DNA of 64,000 nucleotides, taken from assembly GCA_902605525.1 (NCBI GenBank), contig CACLCV010000001.1, forward strand, positions 15,635 to 79,634, read 5' to 3'. The notes beneath the pieces were generated by a model. The model was not told where the DNA came from. It searched no databases and was given only the letters and a program-made list of their open reading frames with translations. This DNA comes from an uncultured Gammaproteobacteria bacterium. GTDB lineage: Bacteria; Pseudomonadota; Gammaproteobacteria; GCA-002705445; GCA-002716945. Shown here in pieces: positions 20,463 through 30,435 of this stretch (position 1 is its first letter; the number at the start of each line of letters is the position of its first letter). A program made the translations under genes and the position numbers.

Positions 20463-21185
20463 ATGACTATAGATTTTGTCTCTGACTTACACCTTGATAA
20501 AACAAGACCGGAAGTAAATAAATACTTTATAAACTATTTAGATAATATAAATAAAGATGTAACAGATCTCTATATCTTGGGAGATTTATTTGAGTATTGG
20601 GTAGGTGACGATGATCCAATGGATGGCTTGAACGAAATTAGAGCCTCGATATCGCAGCTTGGGGTTAAAATAAATGTCTGGTACATGCATGGTAATCGGG
20701 ATTTTCTAATTTCACAAAAAATCTGTTCAAATCTTAATATGCGCCTTTTGGAAGATCCTACTATCGTAACAAAAAACGGGCAAAGATTGTTACTTCTACA
20801 TGGAGATACTCTTTGTACGGATGATAAGGAATATCAAAAATTCAGATCCTTGGTTAGATCTGATGAATGGCAAAAGCAAATGTTATCTAAATCTTTAGAG
20901 GAGAGACTAGCTTTAGCTGATAATTTGAGAAAGAAAAGTATTGATGCAAATGCCCATAAAAAAGAAAGCATAATGGATGTAAATATCAATGAAGTTGATA
21001 CGCTAATAGAGGCATATAAACCCAATATAATAATACATGGCCATACCCATAGACCCAATATCCATAAACATAACCTAAATCAAGAATATATATACAGATA
21101 TGTTTTAGGAGATTGGTATAATCGTTTTTTCATTTTATCGCTCAAAAATAAAACTTTCGTAATTTCAAAAGGAAATCTAAAATAA
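20463..21185 (+). CDS. lpxH: UDP-2,3-diacylglucosamine hydrolase
   Basis: Calcineurin-like motifs SDLHL, GDLFEYW, GNRD and HGHTH; 240 aa; synteny with the ppiase gene. Confidence 0.9.
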   Translation: MTIDFVSDLHLDKTRPEVNKYFINYLDNINKDVTDLYILGDLFEYWVGDDDPMDGLNEIRASISQLGVKINVWYMHGNRDFLISQKICSNLNMRLLEDPTIVTKNGQRLLLLHGDTLCTDDKEYQKFRSLVRSDEWQKQMLSKSLEERLALADNLRKKSIDANAHKKESIMDVNINEVDTLIEAYKPNIIIHGHTHRPNIHKHNLNQEYIYRYVLGDWYNRFFILSLKNKTFVISKGNLK

Positions 21186-21845
21186 TTTATCACCCATAAG
21201 ATTGATATTCTCATAATGTCTATTTAATACTCTTTTTATGACTTGCCTAATAATATCAATGTAGATATTATCCTCGAGCGTATTTGAAAAAAATTGTTTC
21301 AATGCACTGCCGGGTAATGAATACTTGTTTTGTGCTGAATCTGAAATCTTAAACCCTTCATCAAAATCATAAATATATAAAGCATTATTATTAATATCTT
21401 TATCATTTAACATGTAGAGACCATAACCAAGATTATCAATGAAACTTTTTTCAAAAACTAATGCAAGCCTTTTTAGACTACTAGAAGAATTTAATAAGTT
21501 AACAAGAAAGCTTTTGTAATATTCATAGATTTTTTCATAATCATAACCCTCTCTCATTGTCTTATATAATAATTCATTAACATAAAGACCTAATAAGTAA
21601 TATTTTTTATCAAATGGGAATGAATTGATAATCTCAAATTTTGATAGATATGGAAAACTATATTTATCATTGTAACTAAATAAATACTCATTGAACAATG
21701 AGAATTTAAATTTATCTTTATTTGTGAAGCTACCTTTAAATATAAGTGATTCAATTCCTTTATTTCTTGAAAAGATATGAATTATAGTGCTTGTCTCTTT
21801 GTACTTTCTTGTATGTATAAGAAAACCAGTATGCGAAACATTCAT
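21177..21845 (-). CDS. recO: DNA repair protein RecO
   Basis: 222 aa, immediately downstream of era in the conserved rnc-era-recO order. The OB-fold-like N-terminus is compatible. Confidence 0.75.
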   Translation of the reverse strand: MNVSHTGFLIHTRKYKETSTIIHIFSRNKGIESLIFKGSFTNKDKFKFSLFNEYLFSYNDKYSFPYLSKFEIINSFPFDKKYYLLGLYVNELLYKTMREGYDYEKIYEYYKSFLVNLLNSSSSLKRLALVFEKSFIDNLGYGLYMLNDKDINNNALYIYDFDEGFKISDSAQNKYSLPGSALKQFFSNTLEDNIYIDIIRQVIKRVLNRHYENINLMGDKLF

Positions 21846-22715
21846 TTATTCAATATATCCAATATCTTTGAGAACAGTAGGATTATTTTTCCAATTATCT
21901 TTTACTACTACAAATAAAGACAAATGTATTTTTTTACCAAGATAATGTTCAATTAGTTCACGAGCTTCAATGCCAATATTTTTGATCATTGTTCCTTTTT
22001 TGCCAATAATAATTTTTTTATGATTATCCTTAGAGACTATTATATCTGCCTTAATAACGCCACTCCTACTCTGTACCTTATAATCTGATATGTGAACAGC
22101 TGTTTCATAAGGCAACTCTTTATTAGTGCGATTAATTATAGATTCTCTAACTAATTCTTGAATTATATTTATATTATTTCTTTCATTATTTAATTTGTCG
22201 GTACCCTCTATGCCTTCAGTGATAATCTTATTCTTAATTAAAGTATAGAGTGAGTCAATGCCAATAGATTCTGTTACAGAAACAAAAGAAGCCTCATTTA
22301 CACCCAATGATATAAATAGATTATCCTTGTATTGGCCAGAAGTATCTAAATCAATTTTATTTACACATAAAATATATTTTTTATTACATTCTATAATTTG
22401 ATTCTTAATTTTTATTTCATAATCATATTTGTCTTGAGGCTGAGTGAGTAATATTATTATATCTGCATTAGTCATATACTTTGATGCATTGCTTTTCATA
22501 GCTTTTGAGAGAAGATTAGTATCGTTAATAGATGCACCTGGTGTATCAATAAACTCTATATGAACATTATTATAATCAATTATGTGAGAAGTAGATATTC
22601 TAGTAGAATGTAGTTTATTAGATACTAATGCAGTATGTTTATTAGAGAAATAATTTATCAAAGATGATTTTCCGACATTGCTTTTACCAACTATTAATAC
22701 TTTAACTCTTTTCAT
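21846..22715 (-). CDS. era: GTPase Era
   Basis: G1 GKSNVGKSS, G3 DTPG, and a C-terminal KH region (IIGKKGTMIKNIG). Confidence 0.92.
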   Translation of the reverse strand: MKRVKVLIVGKSNVGKSSLINYFSNKHTALVSNKLHSTRISTSHIIDYNNVHIEFIDTPGASINDTNLLSKAMKSNASKYMTNADIIILLTQPQDKYDYEIKIKNQIIECNKKYILCVNKIDLDTSGQYKDNLFISLGVNEASFVSVTESIGIDSLYTLIKNKIITEGIEGTDKLNNERNNINIIQELVRESIINRTNKELPYETAVHISDYKVQSRSGVIKADIIVSKDNHKKIIIGKKGTMIKNIGIEARELIEHYLGKKIHLSLFVVVKDNWKNNPTVLKDIGYIE

Positions 22716-23367
22716 ATAATTTTTTTAAAATAGCATGAGCTAATTCTTGTTCTGCTGGTTTTACTTTATTTGTTTTCAGTGATTCTTTGATATTTAGATT
22801 AGATATTTCACATGTAACTAAATATTTATATTTTGAATGTTTAATAGGTGATGTACTATATGAAGGTAATGGATATTGTTTTGAGTGCATATATTCTTGA
22901 AGAAGTGTTTTTGAGTCTTTTTGAGACAGATTATATGATAGCAAGGGCATAAAAAGATTATATATAGCATTCTTGACAGTTTCATAATTACTATCAAGAT
23001 AAATTGCTCCAATAAGGGCCTCGAAAATATCTGAATATATATTACTTTTAGATAATCTAGGATTAATTTCTTTAAATATTTTCTCCAGCTTCAATGTAAG
23101 GAATATTTTTTCAAGATTTTTTGAATTTACTAGATTCTGTCTTATAACTGTAATTTGCCCTTCATCATGATTAGGATATTTTGTAAATAATAACTCTGTA
23201 ATAACAAGTTGTAATACGGCATCACCTAAAATCTCTAATCTCTCGTAATTATCTTTAGAGATACTTTTATGAGTAAGAGCTGAGGAAAAATAATGAACAT
23301 TACAGATTTTATAACTAAACGCATTGCTAATTAACTTAGTAATATTATTTTCATCAGAGTTATTCAA
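22702..23367 (-). CDS. rnc: Ribonuclease III
   Basis: Carries the RNase III signature ERLEILGDAVL; 221 aa with a C-terminal dsRBD. Confidence 0.93.
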   Translation of the reverse strand: MNNSDENNITKLISNAFSYKICNVHYFSSALTHKSISKDNYERLEILGDAVLQLVITELLFTKYPNHDEGQITVIRQNLVNSKNLEKIFLTLKLEKIFKEINPRLSKSNIYSDIFEALIGAIYLDSNYETVKNAIYNLFMPLLSYNLSQKDSKTLLQEYMHSKQYPLPSYSTSPIKHSKYKYLVTCEISNLNIKESLKTNKVKPAEQELAHAILKKLYEKS

Positions 23368-24088
23368 TATAATTACCTACTCTATCAAAAAAATTATAAT
23401 GACTATCAAAGTTCCAAAACATCCAAATATAAAACGCTTTGCCAACAAGATTTTCCTCTGGGACAGGTCCCCAAAAACGACTATCATTCGAGTTATCTCG
23501 ATTATCACCTAAAACAAAGTAAGATTTAGGCGGGACTTTATACTTAAAGTTAAACGTTGATTCGTTTTGATTAAGAATAAGATAGTCCTTAAATTCATTT
23601 TGTTCATATGAAACAGTACCATTAGCAATTTCTATCGGATCAAAGTTATGACTTATCTTTATTTGATTATATCTATTACCATTTACAAAAAGTATTTTGT
23701 CTTTATATATAATTAAGTCACCTGGTATGCCTATAACTCGCTTAATATAATTTATATTTTTATTTTCCGGATATTTAAATACTATGACATCTCCGCGTTT
23801 AGGAGTTTCATTTTTAATTAAAGTATAATTTGTTAATGGAAGTTTATATCCATATATGTTTTTATCAACTAGGATGAAATCCCCAATCATTAATGTTGGT
23901 ATCATAGAGCCCGAAGGAATTTTATAAGGTTCAATAAAAAAAGATCTAATTAGAAGCACAACGAATAAAACTGGAAAAATAGATGATGAAAATTCTGATA
24001 TCTGAGAAATTATAGTTTTATTAATTTTAACAAGGCTAAATAATCCAGTTAATAATGTAAGTACGACAAGTATAAGTGTAAAATCCAT
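23360..24088 (-). CDS. lepB: Signal peptidase I
   Basis: Catalytic Ser box PSGSMIPTL, Lys box YIKRVIGIPGD, and GDNRDNSNDSR. I prefer the start at Met20 (MDFTLILVV), 1 nt after the lepA stop. The ORF track extends to 24145. Confidence 0.9.
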   Translation of the reverse strand: MDFTLILVVLTLLTGLFSLVKINKTIISQISEFSSSIFPVLFVVLLIRSFFIEPYKIPSGSMIPTLMIGDFILVDKNIYGYKLPLTNYTLIKNETPKRGDVIVFKYPENKNINYIKRVIGIPGDLIIYKDKILFVNGNRYNQIKISHNFDPIEIANGTVSYEQNEFKDYLILNQNESTFNFKYKVPPKSYFVLGDNRDNSNDSRFWGPVPEENLVGKAFYIWMFWNFDSHYNFFDRVGNYIE

Positions 24089-24089
24089 T

Positions 24090-25877
24090 CTATTCTTCCG
24101 TTGTGGATAAGAATTTGTAAAATGCTTCTCTAGGTATTTCAACATTACCTATTTTCTTCATTTTTTTCTTACCCTCTTTTTGTTTTTTTAGGAGCTTCAT
24201 TTTTCGTGTAACATCTCCTCCATAGAGTTTTGCAGTGACATCTTTTCTATAACCCTTAATAGAAGTTGATGATAGAATTTTAGCGCCAACACATCCTTGA
24301 ATTGTTATCTCAAAACTTTGTCTAGGTATTAATTTTTTGAGATTATCAATCAGTTCCCTAGATCTACGATATGAATTATCTTTATGCAATATTTGTGACA
24401 AAGCGTCTATTTTTTTCTTATTCACATGTATATCGAGCCTAATCATACTACTTTCCCTATAATCAATTATATCGTAGTCGTAAGACGCATAACCTTTTGA
24501 TGAGGACTTAAGTGTATCAAAGAAATCATATATTATTTCTGAAAGAGGTATTTCGTATTTAATTTCAGCCATATTAGATCTGTAGATTAAGTCCTTTTGA
24601 GTGCCCCTTTTTGAGGTGCAAAGCTCTATGACAGAACCTAAATACTCTGCAGGAGTTACAATTGATATAAGTGCTATTGGCTCATAGTAACATTTAATAC
24701 TATTGTCATCTGGTAAATCACTTGGTTTTCTAATGTCATTAACCTCGCCCTTTTTATTTTCTACTCGATAGGTAACTGATGGGACTGTCATCAAAAATTC
24801 TAGACTATACTCTCTTTGAACGCGTTCACGAATGATCTCCATATGCAATAATCCTAGAAATCCACATCTAAATCCATGTCCTAATGACTGTGAACTTTCA
24901 GGTTCATATGTAAAAGAATTATCATTTAAAGATAATTTATCTAGTGCTTTTTTGGATTCTTGGTAATCATTAGATTCAACAGGATAGAATCCAGAGTATA
25001 CTCGTGGCTGTATTTTTTTAAATCCAGGCAATGGGCATGAGGTATTATTTTTAGCAAGAACAATAGTATCACCGACAGGTGCTGAATCGAGTGTTTTGAT
25101 TGATGCAATCATAAATCCGACCTGACCAGATGATAATTTTGATAAATTTGTCATTGTCGGATTAAAAGTTCCAAGTTTATCTACAAGGAATTCTCTTTTA
25201 TTAGAAAATACTTTAATTTTGTCTTTAATACTTATTGATCCATCTATAATTTTAATCAGGACGACAATTCCAAGATAGTTATCAAACCATGAATCAATAA
25301 TAAAAGCTTTTAGGTCATTGCTCATTAAGCCTTTTGGTTCAGGTATATCAATAATAACTCTTTCAATTAGATTGTCTACTCCTAAGCCAGATTTAGCGCT
25401 AACGCTCAATATCTCATTTTGATTAATATCAAGAAGTTCAGATAGATCCTTTTTTACAGCATCAGGATCAGCAGATGGTAAATCAATCTTATTTATGACA
25501 GGTATAATTTCAAGATTCAGCTCTCTTGCCATATTAAAATGGGCAATTGTTTGGGCTTCAAGTCCTTGTGTTGCATCTACTAAAAGCATTACACCATCAC
25601 AAGCAGATAGGGATCTAGATACTTCATATGAGAAATCAACATGTCCTGGGGTATCAATGATATTAATATTGTAGTCATCTCCCATATATGATGCATTTAG
25701 ACTTACAGTTTGTGCTTTGATTGTAATTCCACGTTCTCTCTCTAGATCCATAGAGTCTAAAATTTGATCTTTCATCTTTCGAGAACTGATATCTCCATAC
25801 TTTTCAATGAGGCGATCAGCAAGTGTGGATTTACCATGATCAATGTGAGCGACTATGGCAATATTTCGGATGTTCAT
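24090..25877 (-). CDS. lepA: Elongation factor 4 (LepA)
   Basis: AHIDHGKSTL and DTPGHVDF; 595 aa; upstream of lepB. Confidence 0.97.
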   Translation of the reverse strand: MNIRNIAIVAHIDHGKSTLADRLIEKYGDISSRKMKDQILDSMDLERERGITIKAQTVSLNASYMGDDYNINIIDTPGHVDFSYEVSRSLSACDGVMLLVDATQGLEAQTIAHFNMARELNLEIIPVINKIDLPSADPDAVKKDLSELLDINQNEILSVSAKSGLGVDNLIERVIIDIPEPKGLMSNDLKAFIIDSWFDNYLGIVVLIKIIDGSISIKDKIKVFSNKREFLVDKLGTFNPTMTNLSKLSSGQVGFMIASIKTLDSAPVGDTIVLAKNNTSCPLPGFKKIQPRVYSGFYPVESNDYQESKKALDKLSLNDNSFTYEPESSQSLGHGFRCGFLGLLHMEIIRERVQREYSLEFLMTVPSVTYRVENKKGEVNDIRKPSDLPDDNSIKCYYEPIALISIVTPAEYLGSVIELCTSKRGTQKDLIYRSNMAEIKYEIPLSEIIYDFFDTLKSSSKGYASYDYDIIDYRESSMIRLDIHVNKKKIDALSQILHKDNSYRRSRELIDNLKKLIPRQSFEITIQGCVGAKILSSTSIKGYRKDVTAKLYGGDVTRKMKLLKKQKEGKKKMKKIGNVEIPREAFYKFLSTTEE

Positions 25878-25915
25878 TATTGCTCTATAATATATTAGAG
25901 ACTTAAAACATCAAA

Positions 25916-27337
25916 TCATTTAGAGATTTTTAGTGCAATATATAAAGGAGTGGATTGTCTATAAACTAATAAGTTTACATATGTATTATTTTTGGATTTT
26001 GTCATAATTTTTGAAAAATCATCTACATTATTAATAATCGTATTATTTATCTTAGTAATCACATCATTTGCTTTTACATCAAAGTTATTATTAATATTAT
26101 CATCTACATTCGTGACGATGACACCTGATTTAATCTCAAGCAACTTAATATCTTGAGGACTTAAGTTTCTTACAGATATTCCAGAAAAGGAATTTGAAGT
26201 GATTTTTTTTGTTCCTATAGATGCAATTTTATCTTCGGTAGGTAATTCCTCGAGAGTGACTGATAAATTAGTTATCATTTTATTTCTAATAATTTGTACT
26301 CTAAATGACTTACCAACTTCTGATTGTCCTACTATTAGAGGGAGGTCAGTAGATTTTTTGATCTCATTATCATTAAATTTTAATATGACATCGCCTTGTT
26401 TGAACCTCGCCTTCTCTGCTGGGCTATCCGGTAATATTTTACTAACCAATGCGCCTCGTGCCTTTTTCAGACCAAAACTTTTAGCTAGTTTATCGTCAAT
26501 TTCTTGAATGTATACACCTAACCAACCTCTACTAACTTTACCTTTAGTTTTCAGTTGATAGAAAACGTCATTAACAGTGTCAGAGGGTATTGCAAACGAT
26601 ACGCCCATGAATCCTCCAGTTCGACTATAAATTTGTGCATTGACGCCAATTACTTCTCCAGAAAGATTAAACAATGGGCCACCAGAATTACCTGGATTAA
26701 TTGCGACGTCAGTTTGTATATATGGAACATAATTATCGCCAGCTAGTTTTCTTTGTTTTCCACTAACAATTCCTGCAGTAACGGTTTGATTAAATCCAAA
26801 AGGTGAACCAATAGCAAGAACCCACTCACCTAACTTGACATTATCAAAGGAAGCAATCTTTACAACAGGTAAGTTATTTGCCTCAACTTTAAGAAGCGCT
26901 AAATCGCTTCTTTTGTCGGAACCAATTAGACTAGCCTCATAAGTAGTCTGATCATTAGTTATAATATTTATTTTATCAGCTCCATTCACGACATGATGGT
27001 TGGTCATTATGTATCCATCACTAGATAAAATGAACCCTGAGCCAGAGCTTGGCTGTCTTCTCTTAGGTTGATTATTCCTCTCATCAAAAAATTTTTTAAA
27101 AAGGTCATTAAATTCATCGGGCATACCAGGTGGAGTTTGAAATTGATTCTCGCTATTAGCTGCATTACTGGATCTGCTCGCGTTCACAATAACTACAGCA
27201 GGCATGTTCTTTTCAACAATTCCTGTAAAGTCTGGATAAGCAGGAGAGGATTCTGCTATAGCCAAATTAAATAAGGATAGTGATAATAGAACTAGTATAT
27301 ATTTTATATTATTTACAACTATCATTCTTTTCCTCAA
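25916..27337 (-). CDS. degP: Periplasmic serine endoprotease, DegP/MucD family (two PDZ domains)
   Basis: Signal peptide, a catalytic His in TNHHVV and a catalytic Ser in GNSGGPL, followed by two PDZ-like segments. The start may be the Met at 27325. Confidence 0.9.
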   Translation of the reverse strand: MRKRMIVVNNIKYILVLLSLSLFNLAIAESSPAYPDFTGIVEKNMPAVVIVNASRSSNAANSENQFQTPPGMPDEFNDLFKKFFDERNNQPKRRQPSSGSGFILSSDGYIMTNHHVVNGADKINIITNDQTTYEASLIGSDKRSDLALLKVEANNLPVVKIASFDNVKLGEWVLAIGSPFGFNQTVTAGIVSGKQRKLAGDNYVPYIQTDVAINPGNSGGPLFNLSGEVIGVNAQIYSRTGGFMGVSFAIPSDTVNDVFYQLKTKGKVSRGWLGVYIQEIDDKLAKSFGLKKARGALVSKILPDSPAEKARFKQGDVILKFNDNEIKKSTDLPLIVGQSEVGKSFRVQIIRNKMITNLSVTLEELPTEDKIASIGTKKITSNSFSGISVRNLSPQDIKLLEIKSGVIVTNVDDNINNNFDVKANDVITKINNTIINNVDDFSKIMTKSKNNTYVNLLVYRQSTPLYIALKISK

Positions 27338-27665
27338 TACTATTTTCGATCTTTATACAAGCTGAATCATCTTTTACTCTTTTAATCAATTCGCTATTGT
27401 CAGTCTTATCTTTAATTATATCCACTGAAACAACATTTGTCTCTGATCGTTCGAAACTAATTAAGCTGTAAGCTGTAATAACTGCAAAAAAGACTGAAGC
27501 AGCTACTTTTAGGAAATTATTGTACTTAGTATCATCAGGCTTTTTATTTGATAATATCTTTTGCATAACATTTTCTGAAAAATCTTTTGATATTTCAGGT
27601 GGATTATCATTTCTCATTAAACTAACAATTAGCCCAAATATTTTATAGTTATTATTCATCATCAC
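27309..27665 (-). CDS. Putative minimal membrane anti-sigma-E factor (118 aa, single TM)
   Basis: The call is by position only. It overlaps the rpoE stop by about 14 nt and lies upstream of degP. Predicted topology is about 50 aa cytoplasmic, one TM helix (FLKVAASVFFAVITAYSLI), then about 45 aa periplasmic with two Cys. I could not verify sequence similarity to RseA or MucA. Confidence 0.45.
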   Translation of the reverse strand: MMMNNNYKIFGLIVSLMRNDNPPEISKDFSENVMQKILSNKKPDDTKYNNFLKVAASVFFAVITAYSLISFERSETNVVSVDIIKDKTDNSELIKRVKDDSACIKIENSIEEKNDSCK

Positions 27666-28230
27666 TTATACTTCTGAATTCAGAGATTAACATGTTTCTT
27701 GCCCTATGCAACCTGGAACGAACCGTACCTATTGGTATGTTCAACCTCTTAGAAATATCCTCATACGTTAAGTCTTTAATTTCATATAGCTTTATCAAAT
27801 TACTAAGATCCTCAGGTAGTTTTTCTATCAATGGTTGTATTTTATCAATCAATTCATTTAATTGATAATACTCTCCTGGATTATCATTCGATACATTCAC
27901 CTCATTTAGACAATTTTCTTCTGAAATAGTTTCTTTTTCATTACGTTTTTCTCTAGAATTTATGTAATTAAGGCAAGTGTTTACAGCAATTCTATAAATC
28001 CATGAGTAAAATTTACTGTCAAATTTAAAGTTTGAGAGGTTTTGAAATGCTTTTAAGAATACTTCTTGAGCTACGTCTTCTGCATCATTAATGTTTCTTG
28101 TATACTTATAACATGTATTGATTATGCGAATTTGATACTTATCAACTAGATTTTTATATGCACCTGTGTTGCCAGATAAACATTCCTGAATAATTTCGTC
28201 ATCATCTTTAATAATAATATTTCTAGTCAT
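27652..28230 (-). CDS. rpoE: ECF RNA polymerase sigma factor (RpoE/AlgU-like)
   Basis: 192 aa with sigma-70 regions 2 and 4 (DAEDVAQEVFLKAF; IPIGTVRSRLHRAR). It is divergent from nadB as in E. coli. Confidence 0.88.
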   Translation of the reverse strand: MTRNIIIKDDDEIIQECLSGNTGAYKNLVDKYQIRIINTCYKYTRNINDAEDVAQEVFLKAFQNLSNFKFDSKFYSWIYRIAVNTCLNYINSREKRNEKETISEENCLNEVNVSNDNPGEYYQLNELIDKIQPLIEKLPEDLSNLIKLYEIKDLTYEDISKRLNIPIGTVRSRLHRARNMLISEFRSISDDE

Positions 28231-28255
28231 TACACATTGTGATATTTTATATTAT

Positions 28256-29857
28256 ATGAATACAAGGCTAAATACTGAAGTTTTAATAGTTGGAACAGGA
28301 ATCTCAGGATTATTATCAGCAATTGAACTATCTAAAACATATTCTGTGACCATGCTAACAAAATCACGAACAAATAAATGTTCAACTTCATGGGCTCAAG
28401 GTGGAATAGCTGCTGCTATGGATAACAGTGATATTGATGCACATGTGAGTGATACGATTAACAATGGACATGAAATATGCAATCCAGAATCTGTCACAAA
28501 GATAATAGAACAAGGGAGGAAAAGTATTGATCTTCTTATTAAACATGGTGTTAATTTCAATACTGATGGTACTAAATTACAACAAACTTTAGAGGGGGGT
28601 CACTCTAAAAGAAGGATTGCGTATCACAATGATAATACCGGCGAAGAAATACACACATCACTTTTAGAGAAAGCAGAAAAAAATAAAAAAATTACAATTA
28701 AAGAAGATATTATGGCTATTGATTTAATTGGAAGAAAAGATGCCCTCTGTGATGGTTTATATGCATACGATGAATTAAATAAATCTGTTATGACTATTAA
28801 AGCAAATATAGTCATACTAGCAACAGGTGGAGCGAATAAACTCTATCAGTATACAACGAATCCAGATACATCAACAGGTGATGGAATAGCGTTAGCATGG
28901 AGATTCGGTTGTACAATTTCAAATATGGAGTTTATGCAGTTCCATCCGACATGTTTATACCATACAAGTGATAAAAGTTTTTTAATCTCAGAATCTTTAA
29001 GAGGAGAGGGCGCGAAGTTGATTAATCCTAATAATGAATATTTTATGAAAAAATATGATAAAAGAGCTGAACTTGCACCGCGTGATGTCGTAGCAAGAGC
29101 CATAGACATTGAAATGAAAAATAATAATTTTAAGAATGTTTATCTAGATGTCTCTTTTAAAGGCAAAGAGTATATCCTTCAAAGATTTCCAAATATTTAT
29201 AATCGATGTTTAGAACTTGGCATAGATATTTCCAAAAAACCAATACCAGTAGTTCCTGCAGCTCATTATACTTGCGGAGGTGTTAAAGCTACTATTGCGG
29301 GTGAAACAGATTGTTCTAATTTATATGTTATAGGTGAAGCGGCACATTCCGGCCTGCATGGAGCTAATAGATTAGCTAGCAACTCATTATTAGAATGTTC
29401 GGTTATGGCTATGGAATGCTGTAAAAAAATAAATGAAAAAAATATAACTGATAATAAGAAAGAGCTGCCTTTATGGGATGATAGTTATGTTTCAGATTCG
29501 TCTGATGAAAATATTTTAATTTCACACAACTGGGCTGAGATAAGAAAAATTATGTGGGATTATGTCGGTATTTTACGGTCTGATAAAATGTTAAACAGAG
29601 CTAAAGATAGACTAGAAATTATTAATAATGAAATTAATGAGTTTTATCATACTCATCGAATAAGTACAGATTTACTAGAACTTAGGAATATCATAGATGT
29701 AGCTAAGATCATTACTAAATCCGCTATTTCTAGGAAAGAAAGTCGTGGCCTCCATTACAATAAAGATTATCCAAAGGTCAGCCATAAATATAGTAAATCT
29801 ACTGAATTAAATAATACTGAAAAAGATTTTATAATGAAAATTGTATCTAAAGCTTAA
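28256..29857 (+). CDS. nadB: L-aspartate oxidase
   Basis: FAD-binding N-terminus [11 protein letters not shown] and succinate dehydrogenase/fumarate reductase flavoprotein-like motifs (HYTCGG; RGEGA); 533 aa. Confidence 0.92.
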   Translation: MNTRLNTEVLIVGTGISGLLSAIELSKTYSVTMLTKSRTNKCSTSWAQGGIAAAMDNSDIDAHVSDTINNGHEICNPESVTKIIEQGRKSIDLLIKHGVNFNTDGTKLQQTLEGGHSKRRIAYHNDNTGEEIHTSLLEKAEKNKKITIKEDIMAIDLIGRKDALCDGLYAYDELNKSVMTIKANIVILATGGANKLYQYTTNPDTSTGDGIALAWRFGCTISNMEFMQFHPTCLYHTSDKSFLISESLRGEGAKLINPNNEYFMKKYDKRAELAPRDVVARAIDIEMKNNNFKNVYLDVSFKGKEYILQRFPNIYNRCLELGIDISKKPIPVVPAAHYTCGGVKATIAGETDCSNLYVIGEAAHSGLHGANRLASNSLLECSVMAMECCKKINEKNITDNKKELPLWDDSYVSDSSDENILISHNWAEIRKIMWDYVGILRSDKMLNRAKDRLEIINNEINEFYHTHRISTDLLELRNIIDVAKIITKSAISRKESRGLHYNKDYPKVSHKYSKSTELNNTEKDFIMKIVSKA

Positions 29858-30389
29858 ATATAGTTTTCCTGTAATAACGAAGCTCATCTATGGAATCTCT
29901 TATATCATCTAGTGCTCGATGGTTAGAATTTTTTTGAAAGTTATCCATATCTTCAAAATACCATCTCTTACCAAGTTCACGTATTGAACTAACATCTATA
30001 CTTCTATAATGACAAAAAGATTCAAGGTCCGGCATACATCTAGCAAGAAATCTTCTGTCTTGACAAATGGTGTTGCCACACAAGGGTGATTCTCCTTTAG
30101 GAACGTATTTAGAGAGAAATTCAATAGTTTTTTTCTCAGCTATCGATTCAGTTATAATACTTTCTTGAACTTTTTGTACTAACCCACTTCTGTTATGATG
30201 ATCAGTATTCCATTTATCCATTCCATTAAGTATCTCATCAGGTTGTTTAATAGCTAAATTTGGACCCTCTTCTAGAATATTTAAATTCTTATCGGTAACA
30301 ATAGAAGCAATTTCGATAATATAGTCTCTCTGTGTATCCAGACCGGTCATTTCTAGATCAATCCAAATCATGTTACTTCTATCTTTCAT
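29847..30389 (-). CDS. orn: Oligoribonuclease
   Basis: 180 aa with DEDDh exonuclease motifs [10 protein letters not shown] and HRALDD. Confidence 0.92.
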   Translation of the reverse strand: MKDRSNMIWIDLEMTGLDTQRDYIIEIASIVTDKNLNILEEGPNLAIKQPDEILNGMDKWNTDHHNRSGLVQKVQESIITESIAEKKTIEFLSKYVPKGESPLCGNTICQDRRFLARCMPDLESFCHYRSIDVSSIRELGKRWYFEDMDNFQKNSNHRALDDIRDSIDELRYYRKTIFKL

Positions 30390-30435
30390 CCGCTAAGATT
30401 AGTATAATTACAGTATAAAGTAAAACCACAAAAAA

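Noticed and set aside
24089-24145. A 19-codon N-terminal extension of lepB (MLKYLEKHFTNSYPQRKNR) overlapping the lepA 3' end by 56 nt.
   Set aside because: The internal Met at 24088 starts directly with the signal-anchor helix and lies 1 nt after the lepA stop. The extension is most likely an artefact of choosing the longest ORF.
28231-28330. Possible sigma-E-type promoter for rpoE inside the nadB 5' coding region (AAAACTT...TTCATA on the minus strand).
   Set aside because: The match to GGAACTT-N16-TCTRA is poor and I cannot score it properly by hand. It is not reported as a feature.
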